In this document: positions 27,562 to 40,900 of the stretch, one piece after another | How the letters are laid out: each line of letters begins with the position of its first letter | How positions within the stretch are numbered: position 1 is the stretch's first letter | From: Geosiphon pyriformis uo1 | Lineage: Eukaryota; Fungi; Glomeromycota | Direction: 5' to 3' | Assembly: GCA_016748015.1 (NCBI GenBank) | Contig: JAAOMT010000664.1 | Coordinates: forward strand, 380,715 to 444,714 | DNA length: 64,000 nt | Notes under the pieces: generated by a model | Seen by the model: only the letters and a program-made list of their open reading frames with translations | The model's database searches: none | What the model was told of the DNA's origin: nothing | Translations under genes and position numbers: made by a program

Positions 27562-28397
27562 TGTTGCTCATAGAATATAAAAAGTATATTAACATATAAA
27601 TTAGCCAATCAGAGGTAGCTATAGTAAATGTGAAATTTCAGGATTTCTCTTAAAGGAATTGCAAGATTCCAAGAATTTCAGGATTCTCATGCAAGGAATC
27701 ACAGGATTCCAGAATTCCTCTCAAAAGAATTGCAGGATTCCAGGAATTCCAAGATTCTTGGTGTGAAAAATTGAGGAATTAAGGAATCTCAATTATGTAT
27801 ATATAGCAGTAGTATTAGAAGTAAAAAAGACAAATCTCTCAGTTTAGATTTGAAAAAAACAACCTTCTACATCACAAATATCAAATAAATAATTATTTGC
27901 TATTTTAATTCACTCTCACTATCAACACTCTATGTTGATAGTAATTGATACTTAACACCACTAGAACAATAGCTCTTGATTACGGCTATTGATGGGATAC
28001 TAATACGCAATTTGCCTTGGCTTATTTTTTTTATTTTTTTTTACTTTCTTTGTTATTTTTTTGGGTTTAACTAATTGATTAAGGATTAAGTGCTGAGTTA
28101 TTGACATCAAAGATTGATTGGTAAAAAACCCCTACAAGTGAGTATAGCACATAAAAAAATTATGAATTATTTACCAGAAGAGTACTGGCTATCAAACTGA
28201 AGAAAGAAATTGACAGAATTGCAATTCTGGGAAGCTACAGATAACCAACTATTGAATTTCTGTCCATTATACAAAGGACTTAATCCAAAACCTTCAGACA
28301 AACAACACCTGCAGATCCATCATCACAAATAAGCTTTTGAGCACCAAGTTACGGGTTTTGTTATTTGATTTGAGATTCCAAATAATCACCTGTAATA
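27562..28397 (+). repeat. A1 3' LTR
   Basis: Direct repeat of 10740-11583, preceded by PPT. Confidence 0.95.
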
Positions 28398-30639
28398 ACA
28401 TAGCACCATATTGGAAAAAAACTTAACATCAGACTGAGCTTTAGCCAAACTGGACTTGAATAAACCATTAGTCAACAAAAATATACCTAAATATCTATGA
28501 GGCACACCACACCTGACAATCAAAATAAGTGATTTACTGATTTTAAGAACAGCATTCTGAACCTTTTGGTTGATAGAAATAGCCACCATTTTGTTATTAT
28601 TAATCAAAATATTATTAATTGCAAAAAAATCACTGGCAATATCTAATATAAACTGTGTAACAGCCTAACTACTTTTAACCCAAATAGTATTGTCAACAAA
28701 AGCACCAGTTGCAAAGAAAAAAGTTATTCCACCTAGATTGTTTATTCTGCCTGTTTTGACCACAAACTTGGTATCAATTTAGTAACCATATATACTTTCT
28801 TGTCTCTTAATTTTACACAATAAGGAGTCATAAAAGATTTGCCAAAGAAGGAAGGAGAACACCTCACTTTAATCAAGACCATTTAACATCTGGTAATCAT
28901 CTGAAAAGCCAAAATCTGTCATAATATGATTCAATTTATTTTTATAAATTCCACCAAAAAATCTGATAAATCTATCACACATTTTAATGCACTACAAATT
29001 AGCCTTTAAATGATGCCAGCTGACTAAGTCATATGCTTTGTGCATATTCTGCAAAACCAACCAAATCTTTCTGTCTTTCTCTAAAATATCCTTTATCACC
29101 AAACCAACAGCAAAAATAGGAAACTGTATTAAGATATCTTTAAGAATAAAAAAATTATTCCCACACAACACTCCAAACTTACTACAAGCAAGAGAAATCC
29201 AATCTGAGAGAATTTTAGAAAGAATCTTGTGAACAGTTTCTACCAGAGCAATAAGACAAGTGTTTGTTAAGATGCCATCCCAATCATAAGGCTTAAGTAT
29301 CATTGAGACTCAAGCTCTCCTTCACAAAACTGAAACTATGTTTAACCTTAAGCACAAATTTAAGAGATCCAACAAGCTTCTGAGAATGACCTCATTACAA
29401 TACTTCTATAATTCATTAGGAATACTACTAAAGCCAACAGCCTTTCTATCTGACAAATATCTGATAACCTGAAAAAACTTATTAAAACCAATAATATCCA
29501 TAACACCAGAGAAAGCACTATTATTCACATGTTGCAAAAAAGCATACTAACAAGCCCAAAAAGCAGAAAGAGGCACAAACACTGACCACTTTCTGGTCCA
29601 CTCTTCTATTATTATATTGACTTTAGATTTAACCTTATCAGGATCTAAAACCAACTCATTATCTACCATCAAATGGTCAAGCAAAAAGATTTATCCAAAA
29701 TATTTCTGATCATATGGTCTTTGTCTGAGCAAAAATTTTCTATTTTTTTATCAATAACATGCTTAATCATTGTTACAGATGATTATTTGGGGTCTTAAGT
29801 CAAATAACAAATCCGTAACTTGGTGCTTAGTTGGTACTTGGGTGTTGATATCTGAAGGTTTTGGTTGTGGAGTTCTTTGTATAATGAACAGAGATTTAAT
29901 AATTGTTTTTAGTAGCCTCCCGGAATTGCAATTTCGTCAAATTTCTTTTTCAGCATAATGGCCAGTAATCCTCCTAGTAAGCTATTCTCAAATCTATAAG
30001 TGTTCTACTCTTGTTTTACAGGTTTTTTACCAGTCTCTATGACATCTGTATCTCAGTGCTTAATCTGTACTCAATTTAGTAAAACCAAAAAAATAACAAA
30101 AAGAAATAAAAGCAAACAAAAGAAAATAAAAAAATAAACAGAAGCAGTTGCAAGTTAGTATCCCATCAATAGTCATAATCAAGAGTTATTGTTTCAGTGT
30201 AGTTAAGTATCAATTACTATCAACATGAAGTATTAATAATGGAGAGTAGGTTGAGATAGTGGATAATTATTTATTGATATTTGTGATGTGAAAGGTTTCA
30301 AACTGATAGATTCTGCTCTTTCTACTTTTAATATTACCACTATATATACATAATTGATGTTCTACGAGATTGCTCACATTTCCGAGCAATGTGCTATAAT
30401 TTCTTAAACAATGTTTATATTGCTGAGCAATATGCTCTTATTTTCTAATATTGCTTTATATTGCTGAGCAATGTGCCATGTTTTTTGACATTGCTCTACA
30501 TTGCTAAGCAATGTGTCATGATTTCTATTATTGTTCTACATTGCTGAGCAATATGCTCATGTGCTACATACTATTCGCTTATTGGTCTACTATTTTTCCT
30601 ATATCTGTCTTCTTTTTATGAATAACATTATCTCCTCCT

Positions 30640-31275
30640 TTTTAATATTGAGCTCTATCGAAATCTTCATTCTGAATTAGCTCTAATACTTTTTTTTCTA
30701 GTATTGTTTGTTCGACTTTATTTTTCACATCTTCTACTTGTACATTGTTCATTCTTCCCTATTGGTTAATGGTTATGGTTTCCATGTCAGAGTATAACAG
30801 TATTTCTTGATAGTTCTGAAATATGTTGTGTAGTCGATAAATTGTTTTTACATGTAGTGTTGAGTTTGTTTTTTTTCCAATAAAGTCTTCAATTTGCTGT
30901 ATTATGTTTTGGTTAATTCTCTTCTTAGATTTGTTGATATACAACTCTTGAATATTCAACTTTCGACTTAACTGGTAGTAACAGTATGATATTGGAAGTT
31001 GTTTTGTCCATTGCTTCTAATTTTCTTTTGTAAGTTCTTCTGTTGTGCCATAATAGGTATTTTTCCAAAAGTGTTCTTTACTTTTTTTATTATGTTATCT
31101 GACCAGTTTTTATTATTCTTTGGTAACCACTGATATAGTGTATTCTTTGTTTTTTTTTGGTGTTTTGATAGCAAATTGTTTGGTTGTTAACAATAATTTC
31201 TATGTCTAAAGATTGTTGACTTAAGGCCTGGAATAATTGTTGAACTATAGTGTGAATATGATCTGGTATTTTCAT
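30640..31275 (-). pseudogene. A2 3' accessory ORF3
   Basis: MKIPDHIHTIVQQLFQ..; NIQELYINK..TIYRLHNIFQNYQEILL..ETITINQ. Confidence 0.75.
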
Positions 31276-34200
31276 TTTTCTTGGTTGCCTTTGTCACGTA
31301 TACTGTGTCTTTATATACTTTTTTCTTGTTTAATATTATGTGTTTGGTTCAATGATTATAATTGGTTTCAGATCTCGTGAAATCTCATCTGGTTAAACTA
31401 ATATTTGTTGTACTCCCAATTGTGGAATGTTATTGGTAAATGATAATGCTATTTGGTAATATGGTTTCAGTCAATTACCATGTGCTGCTTTGGTTAAGAT
31501 TTTGTTGTCCTATCTTAATTTATAAGCTTTATTTCCAAGAATTTCTTCTATGTAAAATGGTCTGTCCCATTTGGGATCAAATTTTCCACTTCATTGTTTT
31601 TCTACTTTGGTACGATATAAAAGTACTTTGTCTCTAATCTTGAATTCAACTGGTTTGTCTGATAGTTGATTATCATGTCTTTCTTTTTGTTTTTTTTGTG
31701 ACTTCTGGATATTATCAGCTGCTCTTCGCCATTTATTTTCTAATGTTTCTATTAACTCATATGTTTTTTTTAGCAATGTTTCCTGAAAATTGTCTTCAGT
31801 TATTGGTTTTGTTGGATAAGTGGTGACTTCTATCTCAACTGGTTATATTGCTGTTCTACCATATACTAATTCAAATGGTGTTGCTTGTGTAGTGTCTTGT
31901 TTCATTGTCTGATAAGCAAATAATACTGATGGTATGAACAAATCTCATTTGTCTTGATTTTTTTGACTGATCTTGGTGATTGTTTCACACAATATTTGGT
32001 TAAACCTCTCAACTAACCCATTTGTTTGTGGATGGTATAGTAATGATAATGGTCTTTTGATTTCAAATCTCTGACTTAATTCTGCTAATATTCTGTTCAC
32101 AAAGTGAGTTCCTTGATCTGATAATAGTTTTTTTGAACATCCATGTCAACAAATCAAATCTTGATGAACAAATTCGGCAATGGATTCTGTATCTGCTCTT
32201 TGAATGGCTTTTGCTTTTGGCCATTTAGTAAGATAGTCCATGGCTATTGCAATATATCTGTTGTCTCTGCTAGTGATTGTTAATGGTTTAACTAAGTCAA
32301 TTCCAATGTGATTGAATGGTTGTTTCACTTTGATTGGTCTTAATAGTTCACTTGATTTTGTTCTATCTCTTCTTTAACAAGCATTACAACTTTGAACATA
32401 TTGGATGATGTCTGGATACATTAATAGCCAATAGTATCTTTTTCTGGCTCTTTCTATGGTTGCTTCTTTATGAAAATGTCCTGCTGTTGGATCTAAATGC
32501 ATGTTAAACAATATTGTTTCTTTTTCTGATTCTGTAATTATTCTGGTTGGTTGGTCTGGATTTCTTCTGCTTTTCTGGTAAAGTATATTTTGATGATTGA
32601 TGAAATATTTTGATTGCTGTTTTATGTTGTTTTGTTTTTTTTGAGATAATTTCTTCTTGAATGATTGAGTATTTATATAATGCTGAAGTTGTTGGTATTT
32701 TTGTGTGTTTATCTTTTGTTATATATTTTTGAGTTGAAATGTTTTTAGATTTGTTTCATTCGTGACAATCCATCAGCATTTTCATTGTCTTTTTTTTTTA
32801 TAATGTACTGTATAATTGAATGATGAAAGTTCTATTTTCTATCTGGCATGGCAATTGTCTGCAAATTCTTGTTTCTGAATTGAAGTCAATCCCTTGTGAT
32901 CTGTATATATTTCAAACTTTTGGTTCAAGTATTTTCTCTATTTTATGACTGCCCAATAGATTGCTAAATGTTCCAGTGCTGGTGTTCCATAGTTCTTTTC
33001 AGCTGAACTTAAGCTTCTACTGGCATAAGCTACTAGATGTTCTCTTCTATCTGGTTCTTTCTGTAATAATACTGCTCCCAATGCTTGACTTGATGTATTT
33101 GTAGTAATGATGAATGGTTTGCTGTGATCTGAATACATCAATACTGGAGCTTGAATAAGCTTTCTTCTTAGTATGTCAAATGCTTTTTGTTGAGCTTCAG
33201 TCCATTCATACTTCATATTTTTGGTTTGTAGATAGTGAAGTGGTTGCATTAGTTTAAAAAAGTCCTTGATGAAACATTGATAATAGCCTGCAAATCCCAA
33301 AAATGTCCTTAGTTCTGACAAGTTTGCTGGTACTAGAAAGTTCTTTACTATTGCAATCTTATCTGGATCTGTTTTGATTCCATCTTTGCTTACCACATGT
33401 CCCAAAAACTTGAGTTCAGTTTTTCTAAAGAAACATTTGGTCACATTTAGCTTTAGTCTGGCTCTTCTTAATCTTTTAAACACTTGTAGAAAATAATACA
33501 GATGATTATCAAATGTTTTTGAGAACACATTGGTGTCATCCAAGTATATAACTACTGATTTCCATAGTAATCCAGTATAGACAATTTCCATGAGCCATTG
33601 GAATATTGCTGGAACATTCATCAATTCGAATGGCATGACTTCAAACTCAAAATTTCTCTTTCTTGTGGTAAATGCTGTTTTCTTTTTGTTAGCTGGGTTT
33701 ATGACTACTTGCCAGTAACCACTATCTAAATCCAGTGTTAAGAACCATTTATTTCCTCCAAAAGTGTCGAATAGTTCTTGGATCTTTGGAGTTGAATAGC
33801 TATCACTCTTTGTTACTCCATTCAGTTTCTGGTAGTCTACATAAAAGTGGATTTTCCCATTTTTCTTCTGGACTAGTACCATTGGTAACAATCATAGACT
33901 CATTGATGGCTGAATTAGCCTATTGTCAAGCATTTGGTTAATTTCTTGATGAATGATCTTATGGCTAGCTGGTGGTACTCTGTATGCTTTTTGTTTAATT
34001 GGCATTGCATCTCCAGTTTTAATCTGATGCTGGATTATGTTGGTTCTGCCAAATTCATTTTTACTGCCAAAGATGTCATTGAATTTGTTAAGTAACATTT
34101 TTAGTTGCATCTGTTGGAGTGGATCTAGATTTCCCATGTTTATCTGTTTCAATTGTTCTGGTTGGAGCAGATAACATTCACTTTGTCTATAAATGGTTTA

Positions 34201-34574
34201 TGATGTGATGTCCACATATCCACAAAGCTATGGAAAATCTGGAATGTGGTTTGGTGGTTGATCTTCAACTTTAGTGGTTAAATATTCAATAATGGTTCTT
34301 TTTGGTATTTCAATAACACTTCTCATTATGTTGTAGATAGGAATTTTGATATTTTTGGGGCTTTTGGCTGATATATAGAGATTAGTGAGTCCAATCTCTT
34401 CTGATTTGCAAATAGTGGCTTCTGCTTTAAACAATTGAGCTTGATCCTTTACTTTTCTTTTTATAGCTAACATATACTGGTCATATGGTGGAATGGAAAT
34501 TGTTTGATGAGTTGAGATAATTTTTTCTTTGTCAATAACCTCTTCCTCCACCATATTAACTGGTATATCTATTC

Positions 34575-34968
34575 TACCTATTGATCTAAATCTCTATATC
34601 CCTCTAGCAGTAATCCCTAATTCTTCCCTATTTCTCACTAAAACTAACTGAGCTATTTTCACCAGAGGTAGGAATATTGCTTGTGCTATCTTTTTATTTG
34701 GCTTTATAGTATAGATCTTTTCCGAGTCATTTTGTAGCATAACAATAATATTTCCTACATACCCTGCATCAATTATTCCTCCTCTGATGTTGATTTTTTT
34801 TTTTGCTAGACTACTCTTAGATGCTAATTGAACCATGGTTGTTGCCGGAATTTCCAGAGTTATTTTAAGATCAATACATGTGCATGAATTTGGTTTCAAT
34901 TTAATAACATTCTTCTCTGGATATCTCAGATCAAACCTTGCATCAGTATTATGTGCACGTTCAGGCAT
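34575..34968 (-). pseudogene. A2 dUTPase domain
   Basis: DARFDLRYP, ASKSSLA, GGIIDAGYVGNI, KIAQAIF, ARGI. Confidence 0.92.
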
Positions 34969-37900
34969 GATATCTTCATTATTATTGCTGAATTATTTCA
35001 GTTCTTGCTTTTTGGTAAGGTCAGGGAGGATGATATATGTTTTGGAGTTTGAATTGGGATTCAAATCATTGTTATTTTCATTGCCATTTTAAGCTGAGCT
35101 AGAACCAGTATTTTTGTTGTTATCATTGTCAGAGTTTAAATTGGAATTGAAAACTGATTCTGATTCCAATGCACAGCTGCTCATTGGTTTGTTTTCTTTT
35201 GGAATCAAGTAGATCATGCATAGTGGTGAATTGTAAATGAGGTCACACTTATTACAATACTGAAAGTCACATGGGATTAAGCAATGTTGACATAATCAAG
35301 TATTCAACTGCTCTAAACACTACTCTTGTTCTTTTTTAGTGGGTGCCAAATGCTAGTAATGTTCATGGAATTCCTCTGGGTTGTCTTTAATGTTGCCAAA
35401 TACGTCAAAGATTTGGATGTATTTGGGTTTAGGAAAAGATAGAGGATTGTTTTTGATTTCCAGTAGTTTACTGGTGGTCATGCCTTCTGCTTTTGCATAT
35501 GCCATTCTTCAGAGTTCATGTTTGTTATGGGGATATCCTTCCAATCGTTACAATGCTCTTTTTTAGGTGTCGTCAATTAGTGTTTCTTTGCTTACCCAGT
35601 CATTGATTAGAATTAGATACTGACACATCTTGTTGCATGTTCCTCCACATTCAGGAATGTCATTCCACATTCTTTTGTTAAGCAAAATGGTTCCACATGT
35701 GAGACATGGTTGGTTGTCCCCCTTTTCTTGTCATTTTGGTCATCCAAAGTGTTCTATGACACATGGGTGGCAATAAAATTTTGTTGCTATGGAGTATTCC
35801 TCGTCGTTGCCATAACATGCACCCATTGATGACAATTTCTTGCCACAATCAACACACTCTAATTTTGGTTAACAATAATTGGATGGTTGTGATGAAGTGT
35901 AAGTGTATAAACTATAAGTGCTACTGGTGAGGGTGGTTTCTTTTTCCTTCTCCTTTCCTTTTCTCTTGTCCATTTTTTTCCACTCCCAGTTTGCTGATTT
36001 GTCTTGGTCATTATTAGTTTCTCAGGCTTGGTCAATATCCCAGGTAAGTTTTTCCTCCTGCTTTCCTTTGTTGTTGTCATTCCAGAAGAGTATTGACAGC
36101 AACTTATTGTGGTCTTTGTTGGCTTAAGAGATTTGGTATGCTTCCTAAGTAGGTTTCTCTTTTTTTTCTTTGAACTCGATGAGTGGTGCTGATGATATGG
36201 TAATGGGTTTGAAGTGGCCACACATGGCTGGTATATGTGTGTATTGACCATTTTGACTAAGCTGAAGCTCTTGGGTGTTCCAATCGAGCATCACATGAGT
36301 TTTAGACAGCCAGTTGTTGCCAACAAATGCTTGGTACTGAGTGGCTTCCATGACTAATATCTTTATCAGTACAATGATGCTGTTGACTTCAATGGGTAGG
36401 GCATCTATTTCACCAATTGGTGTCTTGGTGGCTCTATCAGCAGTAATTATTCTTGCACTGGCAGCTCAATTAACTTGGCGACCTAATTGGTCCATGAACT
36501 GTCTTGTGATGATGCTGCCAGCTGATCCACTATCTAGGATCAGTTTGATGAACTGACCATCAATTTTGGCATTTGTGTACATTGCTGTAATAGGTTTTTT
36601 CTCAAGTGCAGCTCCACTAAACAACAGAATTTCTGTCAGTTCCTCGATTTCAAAAGGAAATATAGCTGCTAGAGACTTGTTTTCCATAACAGTGGCTGGC
36701 AGAATATTAGTAAGTGATTGCTTCTGTTTGGATTCCCAGTTGTTGGGTGAGGCATCTTTTGGGATAATCAGAAGACTTAAATAGTTCTGAAAACTCAGGT
36801 TTTGAGTATTCCCAGTTCCTAAACTCTGCTGTTATGATCCAGATGGCTGGTTGGGTAAACTGGGGATTGGTTGGTGAACAACCATCTCTGATCTCCAGTT
36901 TTGGGTGACTCTTAATCTAGAGTTCTCTGATGTCATTTGAGCTGGGTTTGATGATGGTGTTTGAACTGTGGGTGTCTAATAAATTATTTGTGGCTGCAGT
37001 GGTTGATATATTATCGGCGGCTGCAATTGATAAACTGGAGGTTGATATATGGGTGGTTGATATATTGGCTGTTGCATCATTGGCAGGTAAGTTGGTTGAT
37101 ATGTTGCTAAGCTTGATTGATAACTCGGAGTTGGAAACCTGTGATTAGAATTTTGATATTGATTTCCTGATCATTGGTTTTCTGTTCTTAACCAACAATT
37201 GATTCTCAAATGTTCTTGTTTATCACAGTAGTGGCAGATACGTGTTTCTTGCTGCCACGGCTGATTGGATGATGATGAAGAACACGATTGATTTTGTGGG
37301 CAATTTGTGATTCCTAAATTATTGTGTCGTTGGGGTGACTGATAAATTGCGCAATTGTTAGCTAAGTATTCTTCTAATTTCTGATTGATGGAATTACTGA
37401 ATTGTTTTAATTTGAAATCCAATTCAGATGATCCATTTACCACTAGGTTAATGGCTTGAGTATGGTTAGCTTTAAGTTCAGCTGCTTTAAAATCTCGGGT
37501 ATTGGTAATTGCGGCTTGAAGGTCTACTGGATGTATTGGACATATGTGTTGGAGGATGCTACTGTGCAGGCCTCTAATAAATTGGTTTAGTATTTGGGGT
37601 GCTGTAAAATAGTCAGCCTGAATTGCTTGAATTTGGCACAGATTTCTATAGAAACATCCTAGATAAGTAGTAACTGCTTTATTTTTCCCTTGTTTGATAG
37701 TGATAAAAGTGTTTATTAACCAATTAATACTATTATTGTTGCTGAAGTATTGTAGGAATGCAAGCTTAAATGCAATGAAATCTTGGGGTTTGTTAACCAA
37801 GCTTTGATACCATGAATCAGCAGTATCTTGGAGAAAGTAAGGAATGATCTACATGGCTCTGGTGTCATTCCAGCTGTTGGCTACAATGGCTTTCTCCACA

Positions 37901-40900
37901 TTGTTTAGCCACACTTGGGCATCATTTTCTTCACTGGTAAATTTCTCAAGTTTTGCTATCGGAGCGTAAACCATTGGATCAATATTTGGTTGTTGCTGTT
38001 GTTGTTGCTGTTGTTGAAGCAGCTGCTGTGGTTGTTGAGGTGGTTGAAGTAGCTGCTGTTGCTGTTTGTCGATTGATAAAACTGGATTAATCATGATTAC
38101 TGGAGGTAAGTGTTGTTGATTATTGATATTAGGGTTGCAATCGTTCTGATTGTGCTGTGTTTGGAAATTTGGAGTTTCAATTTCTGAATTTTCCAAATTT
38201 GGAATTTGCTAAGTCTGAAAATTTGGGGTTTCAATGTTTGGGTTTTCTGGGATCGGGTTCTGGTAAGTAAATTCTTGATCTTCAAATTCTTCTTTCTCTT
38301 CTTCTTGTTTTTCTTCCAAATCCATTACTTCCTAAGGACTTATGATTCCAAAATTTGGTTGTGGTAGTGGAGATCAAAGTCCTGATGGCATTGGAAATTG
38401 TGACTTAAATTCTTCGAAATATGTGCTGTATGGTTCTAGAAGATCTTCTTTTCTTTGTTTACTCTGAAATGGAAATCATCCAAAGGTTGATGTTGCATGT
38501 AATGTGGATGTGCCTGTTGATATAATATTGATGGTACTTCTGAGTGTATAGTGATATGATGGTTTTGTTGGTGATTCAACTCTAGTTTTTTTCCAAGTAG
38601 GTGGTTGTATCTTTTGAGGTGTTACTGCTGGTATTTGTAATTTTTCTTTGCCTTTGTTTGCATAGATAATTGAATATCTTTGTTGAATGTAAATTTTAAT
38701 TTCTTTATTGATTTCAGTGAGGATTGCTGTGAAATTGTAATTTGTTGGTAGGCTGGTATTCTGGATTAATTTGTTGTAGAAGTTTCCTCTGACTGAGTCA
38801 GTTTCTACTGGTACTCCTAGTAAATATGAGATTCTTTTGTTGACATAGAAATTGAAAGCTGATTCTGCTGATAAGTAGTTGTCAGTTAATCCTAAATATT
38901 GACAGTAGTGTTGAAATAAGAATTTCGTGAATCCTAGATGGTTTGTCTCTGTTTCTTCAGATTCTGCCACTGTTTAAATGGATGTTGTTGGTGCTGGTTC
39001 TCTGTAAAATTATACCTCACAGGAAGCACCAAATATTACAGATGATTATTTGGGGTCTCAAGTCAAATAACAAATCTGTAACTTGGTGCTTAGTTGGTAC
39101 TTGGGTGTTGATATCTGAAAGTTTTGGTTGTGAAGTTTTTTGTATAATAGACAGAGATTTAATAGTTGTTTTCAGTAGCCTTCCAGAATTACAATTCCAT
39201 CAAATTTTTTTCTTAGTGTGATGGCCAGTAATCCTCCTGGTAAGCTATCCTCAAATCTATAAGTGTTCTATCCTTGTTTTATGGGTTTTTTACCAGTCCC
39301 TATGACGTCTGTATCTTAGTGCTTAATCTATACTCAATTTAGTAAAACCAAAGAAATAACAAAAAGAAATAAAAGCAAACAAAAGAAGATAAAGAAATAA
39401 ATGAAAGCAATTGCAAGTTAGTATTTCATCAATAGCTGTGATCAAGAGCTATTGTTCTAGTGTGATTAAGTATCAATTGCTATTAACATAAAGTGTTAAT
39501 AGTGAAGAGTAGATTGAAATAGTGGATAATTATTTATTGATATTTGTGATGTGAAAGGTTTCAAACTGATAGATTCTGCTCTTTCTACTTCTAACACTAC
39601 CACTATATATACATAATTGATGTTCTACAAGATCACTCATATTCCTGAGTGATGTGCTATAATTTCTTGAGCAATGCTCACATTGCTGAGTGATGTGCTC
39701 TCATTTTCTAATATCGCTCCACATTGCTGAGCAATGTGCCGTGTTTTCTGATATTGCTCCACATTGCTAAGCAATATGCCATGATTTCTATCATTGTTCT
39801 ACATTGCTGAGCAATGTGCTTACATGCTACATACTATTTGCTTATTGGTCTACTATTTTTTCTATATCTGTCTTCTTTTTATGAGTAACATTATGACAGC
39901 TTTAGCAGTCTTAGACTCATGCATTTTGGAACAACAGTAACTCTTTCTAAACCTGAATAGACAACTAAAAACATCTGCACTGCTGGCACTATTATTTAAT
40001 ATGGTCTGAATTTCTAAAGTCTTCTCTTCATTGGCAATTAACCAAACATTGAAAAGGAAACCAGTTCTAGAAGCATTACCAAACTAAAGAAACTTTACTA
40101 ACTTAACAATCAGCAGTTCCAGCTTAAAAAATTTTGAAGACTGTTTGTTGAAAGAACATTTAATCTCATAAAATCAATGCCTAGAAAATGTCTCATCAGC
40201 TGAATCAACCATCACTCTTACTAACAAGAACCACATAAAATTAAAATTCCTACCAACACTTGCAACCAAAAATTCATCAACTACAGAAGAAAACATAACA
40301 GAAAAACTTTCTTTAAAATAAGTCCATTTGGGACTATCTGCATCTGTAATCTTAAACTTTCAATAATTCTTATTAGCTTGTTTACACAAACTATTTAAAT
40401 GAACATCCAAAAGCCCACTCAGACCAACTGACACCACAACAGCCTTATAATCAGTGTTAAAATAATCAGAGACAGAAACAACATTCTAATCAGCAACTGC
40501 TGAAAACAAACTATCACTAATAAAAATGTAATCAATTGTTTTCTTGACACCTCTTGAATTGCTCCACATAGAAGCCTTAACTAGCAAGTGTGTACCAAAT
40601 GAGTTGGCCAAACCCAGATCCAAACAAAACCTAAAACTTGCATTTTTTTTAGAATTATTTTCATTGAAATCACTACCCAAGACCACAAAAGTGCTGGAGT
40701 TTAAAGCTTTTACAATAAAAGAGTTAATTTCTATAGTCTAATCAAACTTAGTTCCAAAAAACACACCAGCATACAAACCCAAAACTGTAACCAAAAGTTT
40801 GCCTTTGAAAAGGAGCTGTACTAAAACAATCTGACCAGAGATTTCTTTGACTTTAGAAAATGATGAGCCAGAAAATTGTTCATAACAATAACGACCCCAG

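Larger units (their letters stand above)
10740..28397 (+). mobile_element. Ty3/Gypsy family A, copy A1 (~10 kb net), containing nested B1
   Basis: LTRs 10740-11583 and 27562-28397; PBS TGGTGCTTCTTGTAAGG from 11586; PPT AAAAAAAGAGAGAATAA; TSD ATAT/ACAT; order gag-PR-dUTPase-RT-RH, IN, ORF3. Confidence 0.95.
29771..39890 (-). mobile_element. Ty3/Gypsy family A, copy A2 (10.1 kb, full length)
   Basis: LTRs 29771-30627 and 39034-39890; PBS TGGTGCTTCCTGTGAGG 39015-39031; PPT AAAAAGGAGGAGATAA; TSD TCAT/TTAT; RT ORF 32938-33891 with YLDD; dUTPase 34594-34968; PR DSGSAG ~36520. Confidence 0.95.
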
